From Hyalangium minutum (GTDB taxonomy: Bacteria; Myxococcota; Myxococcia; Myxococcales; Myxococcaceae), in assembly GCF_000737315.1 (NCBI RefSeq), contig NZ_JMCB01000001.1, positions 20,001-268,000 of the forward strand: a stretch of DNA of 248,000 bases. Reading direction: 5' to 3'. The stretch's first letter is position 1, and every line of letters begins with the position of its first letter. This document shows, piece after piece, positions 1-10,252 of this stretch. The notes under the pieces are model-generated. The model did no database searches, was not told where the DNA came from, and saw only the letters and a list, made by a program, of their open reading frames with translations. Position numbers and translations under genes: made by a program.

Positions 1-109
1 AACTGCGGAAGGGCAGAGGAGGCCGAGCTGGACGACAAGGCTACCACGCGCGGGAGCCGTGGACGCCGAGGTTCCGGAAGATCTTTGCCAAGGCGGGAAT
101 ACGGAAACG

Positions 110-177
110 GCGCTCGACCGAGTTGGAGCGCTCTCGCCAAAAGCTCCGAGCGGCGGGTTCGATTCCCGCCGCCTCCA
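110..177 (+). repeat. tmRNA-3'-end-like att repeat, copy 1
   Basis: GCGGGTTCGATTCCCGC T-arm plus CGCCTCCA acceptor strand; the ~40 bp upstream is also shared with the copy at 226499-226566. Confidence 0.7.
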
Positions 178-222
178 CTGAGCCTCGTAGCGCCAGTGCC
201 TGGAGGTCAGTGCCAACGGCGC

Positions 223-1617
223 TCAGGCTCCGAAGGACTGCGTGAGGCGCGCAATGGCTCCGGGCAGGCCGCGCACGCGGAGCTTGCGCCCGCTCTCATC
301 GAAGGACTCGGAGAGCACCGTCGTGTGCTCGTACACCTCGCTGATGCGCGACTGGGAGGCGTAGGGGATCACCAGGTCCGCATCGACCATGGAGGCCGCG
401 AAGGCGCTCAGGATGCGCTCGCGCAGGAGCCCCACGTCCTCTGGCCGGTGCGCGGAGAGCAGCATCGCCTCCGGGTGGCGCGAGCGCAGCGCCTCTTGTG
501 CCGCCGCATCCAGCCGGTCCACCTTGTTGAAGAGCAGCTGGCTCGGGACGGCGTCCGCTCCGATCTCCCGCAGCACCGTGCGGGTGACCTCCAGCTGCGT
601 GTTCCAGGTGGGATCGGACGCATCCACCACGTACAGCAGCAGCGAAGCCTCGAGCGCCTCGTCGAGCGTGGAGCGGAAGGAGGCGACGAGATCATGCGGC
701 AGCTTCTGGATGAAGCCCACCGTGTCCGAGACGAGCACGCGCGGACGGCTCTCTGGCTGCAGGGCCCGCACCGTGGTGTCGAGGGTGGCGAAGAGCTGGT
801 CGGCCACCAGCACCTCACTGCCGGTCAGGGCGCGCATCAGCGAGGACTTGCCTGCGTTGGTGTAGCCGACCAGCGCCACGCGCAGCTGGTCGCGGCGCGC
901 GTAGCGGCGCTGGTCCTGGTCCTTCTGGATGGCGGCGAGCCCCTCGCGCAGCTCGGCGAGGCGGTCGCGAATCTTTCGGCGGTCGAGCTCCACGGCGGAG
1001 TCCCCGGAGCCGCGGCCCTGCTGCCGCTCCCTTCCTCCGGTGGACTCGCGCAGGCGGGGCGCGAGGTAGTTAAGCCGGGCGATCTCCACCTGCATGCGCG
1101 CCTCGTGGCTGCGCGCGTGCCGGTGGAAGATGTCCACGATGACGCCTGTGCGATCCAGCACCTGCGCCCCGGTGGCCTTCTCCAGGTTGCGCAGCTGGCT
1201 CGGGGAGAGCTCGTGGTCCACGACTACAATCGTGGGGCGCTGCGCCACCTCGCCTGGGGCGTCCTCCGCGGGCGGTGCGGCCTCCTCGTCTCCGGGCTCC
1301 TCGTGTGCTGCGTCCGCGGACTCCCAGCGCTCGCGCGCCTTCGATGTCCGCTCCTGCGCGCCGGATGCGATGACGCCGCTGCCGCCGGTGAGCTGCGCCA
1401 GCTCCTTGAGCTTGCCGGTGCCCAGCACCGTCCCGGAAGCCAGCCCCTCGCGGCGCTGGCTCACGGTGGCCACCGCGTCGTAGCCCAGGGTCTTTACCAG
1501 CCGGGCGAGTTCCGCGAGGTCTGCGGCGTGCTCCGCGTCCGAGACGTCGGGGAGTTGCACGCCGACGAGGACAGCAAGAGGACGGGCAGAGAGGGTCTTC
1601 GGCATGCAACTGCTCAT
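223..1617 (-). CDS. hflX: ribosome-splitting GTPase HflX
   Basis: GYTNAGKSS, LFATLD, DTVGFI, NKVD motifs; start may be 1605. Confidence 0.92.
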   Translation of the reverse strand: MSSCMPKTLSARPLAVLVGVQLPDVSDAEHAADLAELARLVKTLGYDAVATVSQRREGLASGTVLGTGKLKELAQLTGGSGVIASGAQERTSKARERWESADAAHEEPGDEEAAPPAEDAPGEVAQRPTIVVVDHELSPSQLRNLEKATGAQVLDRTGVIVDIFHRHARSHEARMQVEIARLNYLAPRLRESTGGRERQQGRGSGDSAVELDRRKIRDRLAELREGLAAIQKDQDQRRYARRDQLRVALVGYTNAGKSSLMRALTGSEVLVADQLFATLDTTVRALQPESRPRVLVSDTVGFIQKLPHDLVASFRSTLDEALEASLLLYVVDASDPTWNTQLEVTRTVLREIGADAVPSQLLFNKVDRLDAAAQEALRSRHPEAMLLSAHRPEDVGLLRERILSAFAASMVDADLVIPYASQSRISEVYEHTTVLSESFDESGRKLRVRGLPGAIARLTQSFGA

Positions 1618-1780
1618 ACCACGCCGTTCCGCGTCAACGTGGTGGCGTCCGCGCCGCCCCCCGGTGCGTCCGAGGCCCTGCGCGACATCGAGGTGGACAA
1701 GCTCCGCCCATAGCGAGCCCTCGTCTGCCCCCTCGCTTGCGCGGGCACAGCCATCCGTTCGTGGCTATCTAAACGGTGTC

Positions 1781-2173
1781 ATGGATGGTGGCGCACCCGA
1801 ATCTCCGCTTTCGCTTCTCTGCCGCGGCTGCGGCCTGTGCTGCGATGGCAGCCTCTTCAGCCATGTCGGGCTAGAGCCCGAGGAAGTCGGCCAGCTCCAC
1901 GCACTGGGAATTCCCACGCGGACCCTTCGCAGCGGTACGGAGGTGCTTCCGCAGAGGTGCTCCGCGCTCAAGGGCCGCGACTGTGGGATCTACGCAGCCC
2001 GTCCGGCGAGCTGCGCTGCGTATCACTGCGTGCTCGCTGCCTCTCTCCTCGAGGACCGGGTCACCCTAGAGGAGGCACAGGCCATCGTGAAAAAGGCACA
2101 GCGCCTCATTGCGGACGGTCACGCCCGAAGATTTCTGCGACAACAGTTCCGCGGCCGCAAAGGGCTCGACTGA
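1781..2173 (+). CDS. YkgJ-family cysteine-cluster (Fe-S/Zn) protein
   Basis: CRGCGLCCDG...CSAL...CGIYAARPASC pattern. Confidence 0.75.
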   Translation: MDGGAPESPLSLLCRGCGLCCDGSLFSHVGLEPEEVGQLHALGIPTRTLRSGTEVLPQRCSALKGRDCGIYAARPASCAAYHCVLAASLLEDRVTLEEAQAIVKKAQRLIADGHARRFLRQQFRGRKGLD

Positions 2174-2230
2174 TCCTGCCTCGCCTCCGCCACCTGCTGA
2201 GCATCCCCAGTGACTCTGTCGGCGTGCTGC

Positions 2231-5200
2231 TCACGGGGTGACACGCTCCCGGCGGCGGCGACGCCCTGCCCAGGTGGCGAGGGCCGATAGCACGGCCAGC
2301 GCCGCGCCCGCGCCTCCACCGTCGGCCTGACAGCCGCAGCCGCTACTCGACTCCTCCCAGGCCTGAACGGTGACGTTGAACGAGCACTGCGCGGCGTTTC
2401 CGGCGGCGTCCGTCGCGGTGACGGTGACGCGGGTCTCCCCCTGAGGAAAGAGGGAGCCGGACTCCGGCGACGCGGTCACCGTCGGATTCGCGGTGATGAC
2501 GTCGGTCGCGGTGGCGGGGGGATACGACACCAGCGCCCCCGCCGGCCCCGTCGCCTCCACGACCAGGTCCACCGGGCAGGTGATGTCCGGAGGCGTCTGG
2601 TCGACCACGCCGAGCGTCACGGTGGCGACGTTGCTGTCCAGACCGCAGTCCCGCACCCGGAAGGTGAAGCTGTCCGGCCCCGAGTAGCCCGAGGCGGGCG
2701 TGTACGTGACGGAGGGCGGCGTACCGCTCAGCGTCCCGTGAGCTGGAGGGGTGACGATGACGAAGGTCAGCGGAGGTCCCGCCTCGGCATCCGTCGCCAC
2801 CAGCGACAGATTCACGGGCACACCGTACGGCGTGGAGCCCGTCAGGTCCTGCGCCACCGGCGCGGTGTTCTGCACCACCCTCACCATCCGCCCGCCGCCT
2901 ATCGCGTTGGCGAAGACGGAGAGCACATAGGCACCCGGCGTCGCGCTGGCGGGAATGGACACCGTCACGCCCGTGGCGGACATCTCGGTGCCCGGCAACG
3001 TCCAGAGCCGGCGCCCCTCGGACGCCTGCAACCGCACCAGCGGGAAGTTCGTCGCGGAGTCCCTGAAGTCTCCCATGCTGGCTCCGGAGATGCCCCGGAA
3101 CAGCGTCCCGGTGATGCGCGCAGGACAGGCGCTCACCATCTCGTCGAGTCCCGTCACCACCGAACGCCAAGCCGGCTGCCCCCCGGTGTCCTCGTACAGC
3201 TCAGCGCTTGACAGCCACACGCCCCCGGCGCCCTGCCCTCCCAGCGCGAGCACCTCGCTCGAGGGCAGCACGACGGTGTCGAAGCGCAGCCGCTGGGCAG
3301 CGAGGCCCGACACGGGCTTCCAGGTGTTCGTCGCGCCGTCGTACAGCTCCGCGGTGGCGAGCACCGTGCTCCCGGGCCCCTGCCCTCCCGCGACGAGGAC
3401 CCGGCCGGAGGGCAGCAGCGAGGCCGAATGGAGTGCGCGCGCGCCAGCCAGTGTCCCCGCCGGGGCCCAGGTGTTGGAGACCGGGTCATACACCTCAGCC
3501 GACGCCAGCGCCGTCGCGAGCGAGGTCCCCGCCACCGCCAGCACCCGGCCCGACGGCAGCAGCGTCAGGGTGAAGGAGGCCCGTGCCTGCGAGAGACCCG
3601 CAGCAGGGGCCCACGTGTTGGAGGCCGGGTCATACAGCTCCGCCGAGGCCAGCGGCACGCCCCCGTTCTCGCCACCCGCCACCAGGACCCGGCCGTCGTG
3701 CAGCAGCACGGCCGCGTGACGCAAGCGAGGCGTGGCGGCCGGCCCGGCAGAGCTCCACACGTTCGCAACCGGGTCATACAGCTCCGCCGTCCCCGTGCCC
3801 GCCCCCCCCACGACGAGCACCCGGCCCGAGCCAAGCACCGTCGCGGTGTGCCCATCCCTGGCGGTCGTCATCGAGCCTGCGGGCGTCCAGGTATCGGCCA
3901 CGGGATCGTACAGCTCCGCCGAGGCCAGTGGCCCCACGCCATTCTCACCTCCGACAGCGAGCACCCGGCCGGACGGCAGCAGGCGCAGCGTTGCGCGCTC
4001 GCGCGCGGTGGTCATGGAGGCGGCGGGAGCCCAGGCGTTGCTCGCGCGAGTGTAGCGCTCCGCCGTCCCGAGCACGCCACTCGCGCCCCGGCCTCCCGCG
4101 ACCAGCACCTCTCCCGACGGCAGCAGCACGGCCGCGGAGCCCCGGCCCTGCACGAGATTGCCGGCCGGAGCCCAGCGGTTGCTGGAGGACTCATAAAGCT
4201 CCACGTTCGCATAGAAGGTCAGGCTCGGGTTCGAGCTGTAGCCCCCCATGACGAGCACCTGACCGGTCGTCAGCAGGGTGGCGGTGGCATTGTCGCGAGC
4301 CACCGCCAGCGTACCGGCGGCGGCCCAGGTCCCCGTCGCAGGGTCATACAGCTCCGACACGGGCTGCGGGTTGCGCGCCCCGTCCGAGCCACCCTGGACC
4401 AGGACCTTGCCATTGGGCAGAAGAGTGGCCGTGTGCCCATTTCGCGGATGGATGAGCGCGCCGGTGGCTGTCCACGTGTTGGCCACCGGGTCATAGAGCT
4501 CCGCGTGGGTGGTGACCCCCGCGCTCGTGAAGCCTCCCGCGAAGAGGACACGGCCATCGGGGAGCATCGTCGCGGTCGCATAGTGCCGGGGAACCAGGGG
4601 AGGCGCCGCCAGCGACCAGGTCCCTGCGGCGGGGTCATAGAACTCCGCGACGGGCACCTCGCCCGAGACGTTGTTGAAGCCGCTGACCACCAGCACCCGG
4701 CCGTCCCTCAGCGAGGTGGCGGTGTGGGCCCGGCGGGCGACGGACATGGAGCCTGTGGCGGTGAAGGTGTTCGTCGCGGCGTCGTAGAGCTCTGCCGTGC
4801 TCAGGTTGGAGCCTCCCGCGACGAGCACCTGCCCCGAGGACAGGAGGGTGAGGGTGCTCAGGCTGCGAGGTGCGGACATCGCCCCCGTGGCGGACCAGGT
4901 GTTCGTCGCGGCGTCATGGAGGCGTGCCGACTGGCTGCCGTCCGTGACGATGAAAGCCTTCCCGGTGGGAAGCAGGACACCCGACATGATGTTGCCCTGG
5001 ATGCCGGGACTTCCGGCGGAGGCCCAGGTGCCGGTCTCAGGGTCGAAGCGCTCGGCGGCACTCACGAACCCGTTCCGGTTGACGCCGCCCGCCACCAGGA
5101 TGCTGCCATCGGGCAGGAGCAGCGAGACGTGCTGGGCCCTCGCGCCCGCCATGCTGGCCGTCGACGACCAGCCCGGGGCCGCCACCACGTCGGCGGCAAG

Positions 5201-5335
5201 CTCGGGGAAGGAGGCCCGCGCCAGGGAGACGGCCTCCGCCGAGGACGGCAGAGTGCCCTTCTCCTCGCATGCGAGGACGAAGACACCGCAGAGCACCACG
5301 AAGATGAGGCGGCCCGAGCTCCAACCTGATTGCAT
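2231..5335 (-). CDS. kelch-repeat surface protein with cadherin-like/HYR domain and MYXO-CTERM-like tail
   Basis: many 'LLPSGRVLVAGG...AELYDP' repeats; C-terminal GCGC + TM + RRRRR. Confidence 0.85.
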   Translation of the reverse strand: MQSGWSSGRLIFVVLCGVFVLACEEKGTLPSSAEAVSLARASFPELAADVVAAPGWSSTASMAGARAQHVSLLLPDGSILVAGGVNRNGFVSAAERFDPETGTWASAGSPGIQGNIMSGVLLPTGKAFIVTDGSQSARLHDAATNTWSATGAMSAPRSLSTLTLLSSGQVLVAGGSNLSTAELYDAATNTFTATGSMSVARRAHTATSLRDGRVLVVSGFNNVSGEVPVAEFYDPAAGTWSLAAPPLVPRHYATATMLPDGRVLFAGGFTSAGVTTHAELYDPVANTWTATGALIHPRNGHTATLLPNGKVLVQGGSDGARNPQPVSELYDPATGTWAAAGTLAVARDNATATLLTTGQVLVMGGYSSNPSLTFYANVELYESSSNRWAPAGNLVQGRGSAAVLLPSGEVLVAGGRGASGVLGTAERYTRASNAWAPAASMTTARERATLRLLPSGRVLAVGGENGVGPLASAELYDPVADTWTPAGSMTTARDGHTATVLGSGRVLVVGGAGTGTAELYDPVANVWSSAGPAATPRLRHAAVLLHDGRVLVAGGENGGVPLASAELYDPASNTWAPAAGLSQARASFTLTLLPSGRVLAVAGTSLATALASAEVYDPVSNTWAPAGTLAGARALHSASLLPSGRVLVAGGQGPGSTVLATAELYDGATNTWKPVSGLAAQRLRFDTVVLPSSEVLALGGQGAGGVWLSSAELYEDTGGQPAWRSVVTGLDEMVSACPARITGTLFRGISGASMGDFRDSATNFPLVRLQASEGRRLWTLPGTEMSATGVTVSIPASATPGAYVLSVFANAIGGGRMVRVVQNTAPVAQDLTGSTPYGVPVNLSLVATDAEAGPPLTFVIVTPPAHGTLSGTPPSVTYTPASGYSGPDSFTFRVRDCGLDSNVATVTLGVVDQTPPDITCPVDLVVEATGPAGALVSYPPATATDVITANPTVTASPESGSLFPQGETRVTVTATDAAGNAAQCSFNVTVQAWEESSSGCGCQADGGGAGAALAVLSALATWAGRRRRRERVTP

Positions 5336-5661
5336 TCGCCCTCCAGGCCCAGACCTGCGCCATGGGTTGACGCGCCGGGGGGCACGCCCCACGCGGAAGT
5401 CCTCCGCGTGTGACACAGCGTGTAGCACGCTCCGAGCGACTCCGGGTCCAGACTGACACGCTCCCCAGGCTGCTCCCGCCGGACTCGCTCCGGGGCACCA
5501 CGCTCAACCCGGAGGCACGTTTGGGGCCCCGTCTTCGTGGACTGGCCACGCTGCTGGAGGAGGCGAGTGACGAAATCCGCCGGCCACCGCGCATCGCGCG
5601 GACGGGTCGGGCATCTGACGGGCGCACGAAGGCGCGGGATTCAACCCTGGAGGACAACGGC

Positions 5662-6360
5662 ATGAAGATTGGAATTATTGGCGCGGGCTTGATTGGCGGG
5701 ACCCTGGCCCGGCGCTGGGTGCAGCTGGGGCATGACGTGTCCATCGCGAACTCGCGCGGGCCGGAGACGCTCAAGGACGTGGCGAAGGAGACGGGCGCGA
5801 AGGCCGTCACCGTCCAGGAGGCGGCCAAGGCGACCGACGTCATCGTGGTGACCATCCCCCAGAAGGCGGTGCCCGCGCTGCCCAAGGGCCTCTTCGCGAA
5901 CACGCCCAAGGACGCGGTGATCATCGACACGGGCAATTACTACCCCGTGCGCGACGGCCAGATTCAGGCGCTCGACAACGGCCAGGTGGAGAGCGAGTGG
6001 GTCGCGTCGCTCATCGGCCGTCCGGTCATCAAGGTCTTCAACAATATCTTCTTCAAGAGCCTGGGCGAGAATGGCAGGCCCCAGGGCACGCCGGGGCGCA
6101 TCGCGCTGCCGGTCGCGGGGGACTCGCCGGAGGCCAAGGCCAAGGTGCTCAAGTGGGTGGAGGAGCTGGGCTTCGACGCCATCGACGCTGGCAGCCTCGC
6201 CGACTCCTGGCGCCAGCAGCCCGGCACCCCCGTCTACACGCAGGACAGGGACGCCGCGGGCGTGAAGGCGGCCCTGGCCGAGGCAAAGCGCGAGCGCCTG
6301 CCGGAGTACCGCAACGCCGCCAACCAGTGGCTGAAGGACTTCCTCGCCAAGCAGGGCTGA
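5662..6360 (+). CDS. NADPH-dependent F420 reductase-like oxidoreductase
   Basis: GIIGAGLIGG, ANSRGPETL, IDTGNYYP. Confidence 0.85.
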   Translation: MKIGIIGAGLIGGTLARRWVQLGHDVSIANSRGPETLKDVAKETGAKAVTVQEAAKATDVIVVTIPQKAVPALPKGLFANTPKDAVIIDTGNYYPVRDGQIQALDNGQVESEWVASLIGRPVIKVFNNIFFKSLGENGRPQGTPGRIALPVAGDSPEAKAKVLKWVEELGFDAIDAGSLADSWRQQPGTPVYTQDRDAAGVKAALAEAKRERLPEYRNAANQWLKDFLAKQG

Positions 6361-6784
6361 GCGCTCACGCCAGCGGCTTGAGCACCGCGTAGTCGAATGG
6401 CGCGGCGGGCGGCATCGCGCAGGCCCACACGTCGAAGTCGAGTATGGCGCTCGTCGCGTTCCCACAGGGATTGACGTGGCCAGGGGACGCGATGGGGTGG
6501 CTGGGGGTGGCCTACGTCTGGAGGAGCCGCGCCTTCCCGGCGGAGCGCAGTCCTCGTGTTGCGTCTCCTCCAGCAGCGCCAGTGGTTCGCCGCGTCAGAG
6601 CAGCTCGAGGATGGCTCTGCCGCGGGTGGGCACCCCGCAGCCTGCGGAATCTTTGCATCAATTTCTACCTCGTCGGCTCCCTCCAGCAAGCGGGGCCCGC
6701 TCAGTCCAAAGGAATGGACTCGGGACACGCGGAACACCCACCCTTGCATGTCACACCCTGCCCCAGGGCAGAGGGAGGTCGAAA

Positions 6785-7360
6785 ATGAGGAAGTCCATCG
6801 CAGCCATGTTCACCCTGGCGATAGCGCTCATCTCCACGGGAGTCAGCGCCCAGACACTCCAGGCCAATCAGGCCCTGATGGCGGGCCAGCAGATCTACTC
6901 CTCGAATGGGAATTACAAGCTCGTCCTGCAGGCCAGTGACGGGAACCTGGTCGTGTATCGCGTCAGCACCAACGCCGTGATCTGGGCCACGAATGTCCTC
7001 GGCAGTGTCAGCAGCAACACGGGCGCGGTCATGCAGACTGACCGGAACTTTGTTGTTTATGGAGACATCACAAATCCTGCCAGCTATCGCTGGAATTCTG
7101 GGACGGGCGCTGCTGTCGTGGACACCGCCGCCTACCTCAAGCTGGGGGATGATGGCTCTTTGACCATCTATTCGGGTGCTGGGCTGAAGGTCTGGAGCAC
7201 GCCTGGGGAAGCGTGTCCTAACGGCGGCAGACTCGAATTGTATCCGGTGTGTGCTTACCCTGGGCCATTCCAACAAACCGTGCCGGTGCCTGCCTGCAAT
7301 TGGTCCGAGGCCGCCGCCTCTGCAGCCAGCATGAATGGCTACGTGGGGCCTTGCCGATAG
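6785..7360 (+). CDS. secreted bulb-type (B) lectin domain protein
   Basis: signal peptide; QASDGNLVVY / MQTDRNFVVY / DDGSLTIY repeats; lower GC. Confidence 0.75.
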   Translation: MRKSIAAMFTLAIALISTGVSAQTLQANQALMAGQQIYSSNGNYKLVLQASDGNLVVYRVSTNAVIWATNVLGSVSSNTGAVMQTDRNFVVYGDITNPASYRWNSGTGAAVVDTAAYLKLGDDGSLTIYSGAGLKVWSTPGEACPNGGRLELYPVCAYPGPFQQTVPVPACNWSEAAASAASMNGYVGPCR

Positions 7361-7621
7361 TCCCTCGATCTGCCCGGCGCCCACGCCGCGCCCCGGACCG
7401 CAGCAGCCTGTATGCCCGCAAAGGAATACTGGCTGCTCAAGGGGCGCAGCATCACTTGCATCAGAGTGCTGTCCCTGATTGATGCGGCCAGCGCAGCATC
7501 GCCTCGCAGCGCGCCTCGGCGGTGAGCTGACCGCCGGGCGCGCCGGATGAGGGCGCTAGACGGAGATCTCCTAATTGAAGATGTGGGAACTTGCTCCCTG
7601 CCCACTCTCAAGTCCCCGCTG

Positions 7622-9580
7622 TCAGTATTCCTGCTCGTAGACGAAGCGGAACTTCTGCTCCGTGAAGGGGCCGAACTTCACGTTCACGGTGGCATCCACG
7701 GACGTGGTGAACCGGGCCCGGTAGGTGAGCGCGGAGGGACAGGCCGGCTCGACAGCCGCGCGAGACACCTGGATGGGCGTGTTCGGGTTGGCCGGGTCGG
7801 ACACGGTGACCTCCACGTTCCGGTTCATGAAGAGGAAGTGGCTCCGCCAGGGAATCTGCATCCGGTTGAAGCCCTCGAAGGGAGAACTACTGGAGGCGAA
7901 GGTCACCTCGTAGTGCCCGTGATTCGTGTCGGCACGCGGACTGGAGTTGGCGCTCACCGAGGCGAGCACGGAGGTCGGCGTCACGGTGAGGGCATGCGCG
8001 CAGGCATGATCGAGCAGCGCGTTGTCGGACAGCGTGGCAAAGTCGAGTCGGCCGTTGGAGCCCACCGCCCCGAGCGTGGTGTCGAGCGGATTGCCCGCCA
8101 CATCCTTCAAGGACGTGAGGTCCAGGAAGTAGCCCGTGTTCCCGAGCAGCGGTAGCTGTCCGGAGGCCGCGGGGGTGATGGTGACCTTCAGCGTCCTCCC
8201 ATCCGTGGACCACTCGCCGGCGATCGTGCGGAACGAGTTGGGGCTGCCCGATTCAGCCAAGCGCACGCTGTTCACCGAGCGATCCATCGGCTCGTTGAAG
8301 CCGAAGGTGAAGATCTTCCGGAGGGCCGTGGCCGGAGTGCCCCCCGTCGCGTAGACCTCGACGGGATAGACATCGGTGGTGCCATCCAGAACGTTGGAGC
8401 TGGAGACGTAGGGCTTGAGGGTGTCCGCGGCCACAGTGAAGTTGAGCGAGCCGTCCCCCAGGTAGGGCGCCGGATCGAACGGGTTGCCCGCCCGGTCCTT
8501 GAAGCCCGAGAGATCCACCTTCATGGTGGCCGTGGGGCGCAGCTTGAACTGCACGTCATACGTGGCGACGAAGCCGTCCGAGGACCAGCTCGGCGTCAGC
8601 AGCGTGCGGGTGCTGCGCTCCACATCCACCAGCTCGGCCTTGCCCACGCCCTGGGCGGTATCCATGGGCTCGCTGAAGGTGATCACCACGAAGCGCGTGC
8701 TGTCGTACGGCACACTCGTAGCGGCCTCGCGCGGAGAGCCCTCGCGCACCGTGGGGCGGATGAGGTCCGGCCCCGTGCCGAAGTCCAGCTTGCCGTCCCC
8801 CAGGTAGGGCGCGCCATCAAACGCCTTCAGGTTGGCGTTGCGGAAGTTGTCCAGCCGCACCGAGTAGAGCCCGTTGTTGACGAGCGGGCTGGTGATGGGC
8901 GCCTTGAGGGACTGGTTGCCCACCCAGGTATAGGCCCCCAGGCTCAGGCCGCCGCCCGGCACCAATGTCCCCACAGTGATGTCCATGGGCTGGTTGAAGT
9001 TGAGGGTGATCTCGTTGGTGGCCAGGGCCACGCTGCTGGCGCCCTCCGCGGGGATGGAGGTGGACACGGCCGGCGCCACGCCATCGCTCACCGTGAAGGA
9101 GAAGCTGCGCACGCCCTGCATGGGGTTGCCGAACGCGTCCGCGAAGTTGGCGATGCTCACCATCAGCGTCTTCCGGAGCGGCAGCCCCTGAGGGAACGCG
9201 AACCGCACCGTATGCACGGTGGGGTCCCAGTCCTGAGGGCTGGCCACCAGCACGCCGTTGTTCGGCAGGCCCGTGCCGGGGATGAGCTGCAGGGTGCCTC
9301 GGTTGGGCTGCATCGCCTCGTTGAACGTCACCTCGACCATCGTCTCCGGAGGCACGCCCGTGGCGTCCTTCTCCGGCTGATGGGTGATGACGACCGGCGG
9401 CTGCAGATCCACCGGCCCGGCGTCCGGCGGCCCGGCATCCGGTGGGCCCGCGTCCGGCAGGGGAGGAGGCGGCTGGGTCCCCGCATCTGGGACAGGCGGG
9501 GGATCATCCCCTCCACAGCCCGTGGACAGTGCCAGGGCGTGGAAGGCGGCGCACAGAACGAAGATGGAGAGACGGCGCAT
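7622..9580 (-). CDS. lipoprotein with repeated Ig-like (Big_5) domains
   Basis: lipobox STGC; repeated 'ITFSEPMD / FNEAM' Ig motifs. Confidence 0.75.
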   Translation of the reverse strand: MRRLSIFVLCAAFHALALSTGCGGDDPPPVPDAGTQPPPPLPDAGPPDAGPPDAGPVDLQPPVVITHQPEKDATGVPPETMVEVTFNEAMQPNRGTLQLIPGTGLPNNGVLVASPQDWDPTVHTVRFAFPQGLPLRKTLMVSIANFADAFGNPMQGVRSFSFTVSDGVAPAVSTSIPAEGASSVALATNEITLNFNQPMDITVGTLVPGGGLSLGAYTWVGNQSLKAPITSPLVNNGLYSVRLDNFRNANLKAFDGAPYLGDGKLDFGTGPDLIRPTVREGSPREAATSVPYDSTRFVVITFSEPMDTAQGVGKAELVDVERSTRTLLTPSWSSDGFVATYDVQFKLRPTATMKVDLSGFKDRAGNPFDPAPYLGDGSLNFTVAADTLKPYVSSSNVLDGTTDVYPVEVYATGGTPATALRKIFTFGFNEPMDRSVNSVRLAESGSPNSFRTIAGEWSTDGRTLKVTITPAASGQLPLLGNTGYFLDLTSLKDVAGNPLDTTLGAVGSNGRLDFATLSDNALLDHACAHALTVTPTSVLASVSANSSPRADTNHGHYEVTFASSSSPFEGFNRMQIPWRSHFLFMNRNVEVTVSDPANPNTPIQVSRAAVEPACPSALTYRARFTTSVDATVNVKFGPFTEQKFRFVYEQEY

Positions 9581-9634
9581 GGGGGTAGCACTCCTCGCGA
9601 ACGGGCGGGGACGCTACCAGCAATGCCCCGCGCG

Positions 9635-10150
9635 TCAGAAGTAGGCCGCTGCGCCCACGGAGCCCGTGAGCGACGACTGCGTCTTCTCGTTGAGGGCGAT
9701 GTAGAAGTTGTACTGCCCTCTCAATCCCAGGCTCACCGTATCCGTGACGAAGAAGTCGAAGCCCAGGTTGGGCCCGAGCCCCACGTACTGCCCGGTGGCC
9801 CCCTCGCGGAAGACCAGCAGGTAGCTCAGGTCCGTGCCCGCGTAGGGCCGGAAGGACTCCTCCATGAAGAGGTAGCGGATGCCGATGGACGGCGCCAGCG
9901 CCACCACCCGCTTGCCCGTACCCGGGTCCCTCGGGAAGGAGAGCTTCGTCAGCGACACCAGGTCGAAGCCGCTCTCGATGTAGTAGCTGCCGTCGAACCC
10001 GACGAAGAAGCCACCTTCGAGGCCGGCGGTGCGTTTGAAGTCCATATAGCCCAGGGACAACCCCAGGCTTCGGTTGGCGAACTGCGCATGGGCGGGGGCA
10101 GCCCCGAAGAGGACTGCGGCAAGACCAAGGGCACAGAGGAGCGTACGCAT
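9635..10150 (-). CDS. small outer-membrane beta-barrel protein
   Basis: signal peptide, alternating aromatic strands, terminal AYF. Confidence 0.6.
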   Translation of the reverse strand: MRTLLCALGLAAVLFGAAPAHAQFANRSLGLSLGYMDFKRTAGLEGGFFVGFDGSYYIESGFDLVSLTKLSFPRDPGTGKRVVALAPSIGIRYLFMEESFRPYAGTDLSYLLVFREGATGQYVGLGPNLGFDFFVTDTVSLGLRGQYNFYIALNEKTQSSLTGSVGAAAYF

Positions 10151-10252
10151 GGTGGCCGCGACTCTACCGGCGTAACCCATGGAAAACAGCTTGGATTTTG
10201 CATCATGGGGCCGTTGATCGTCCCACACTTCCTCCCCTACACTCGCGCCGCC

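Noticed and set aside
110-177. Complete tRNA or tmRNA gene
   Set aside because: Only the T-arm and 3' acceptor strand are present; no D-arm, anticodon arm or 5' GGGGGCG strand is visible, and the upstream sequence matches another dispersed copy. A gene starting before base 1 cannot be fully excluded
85-1713. 542-aa plus-strand ORF
   Set aside because: Antisense to hflX
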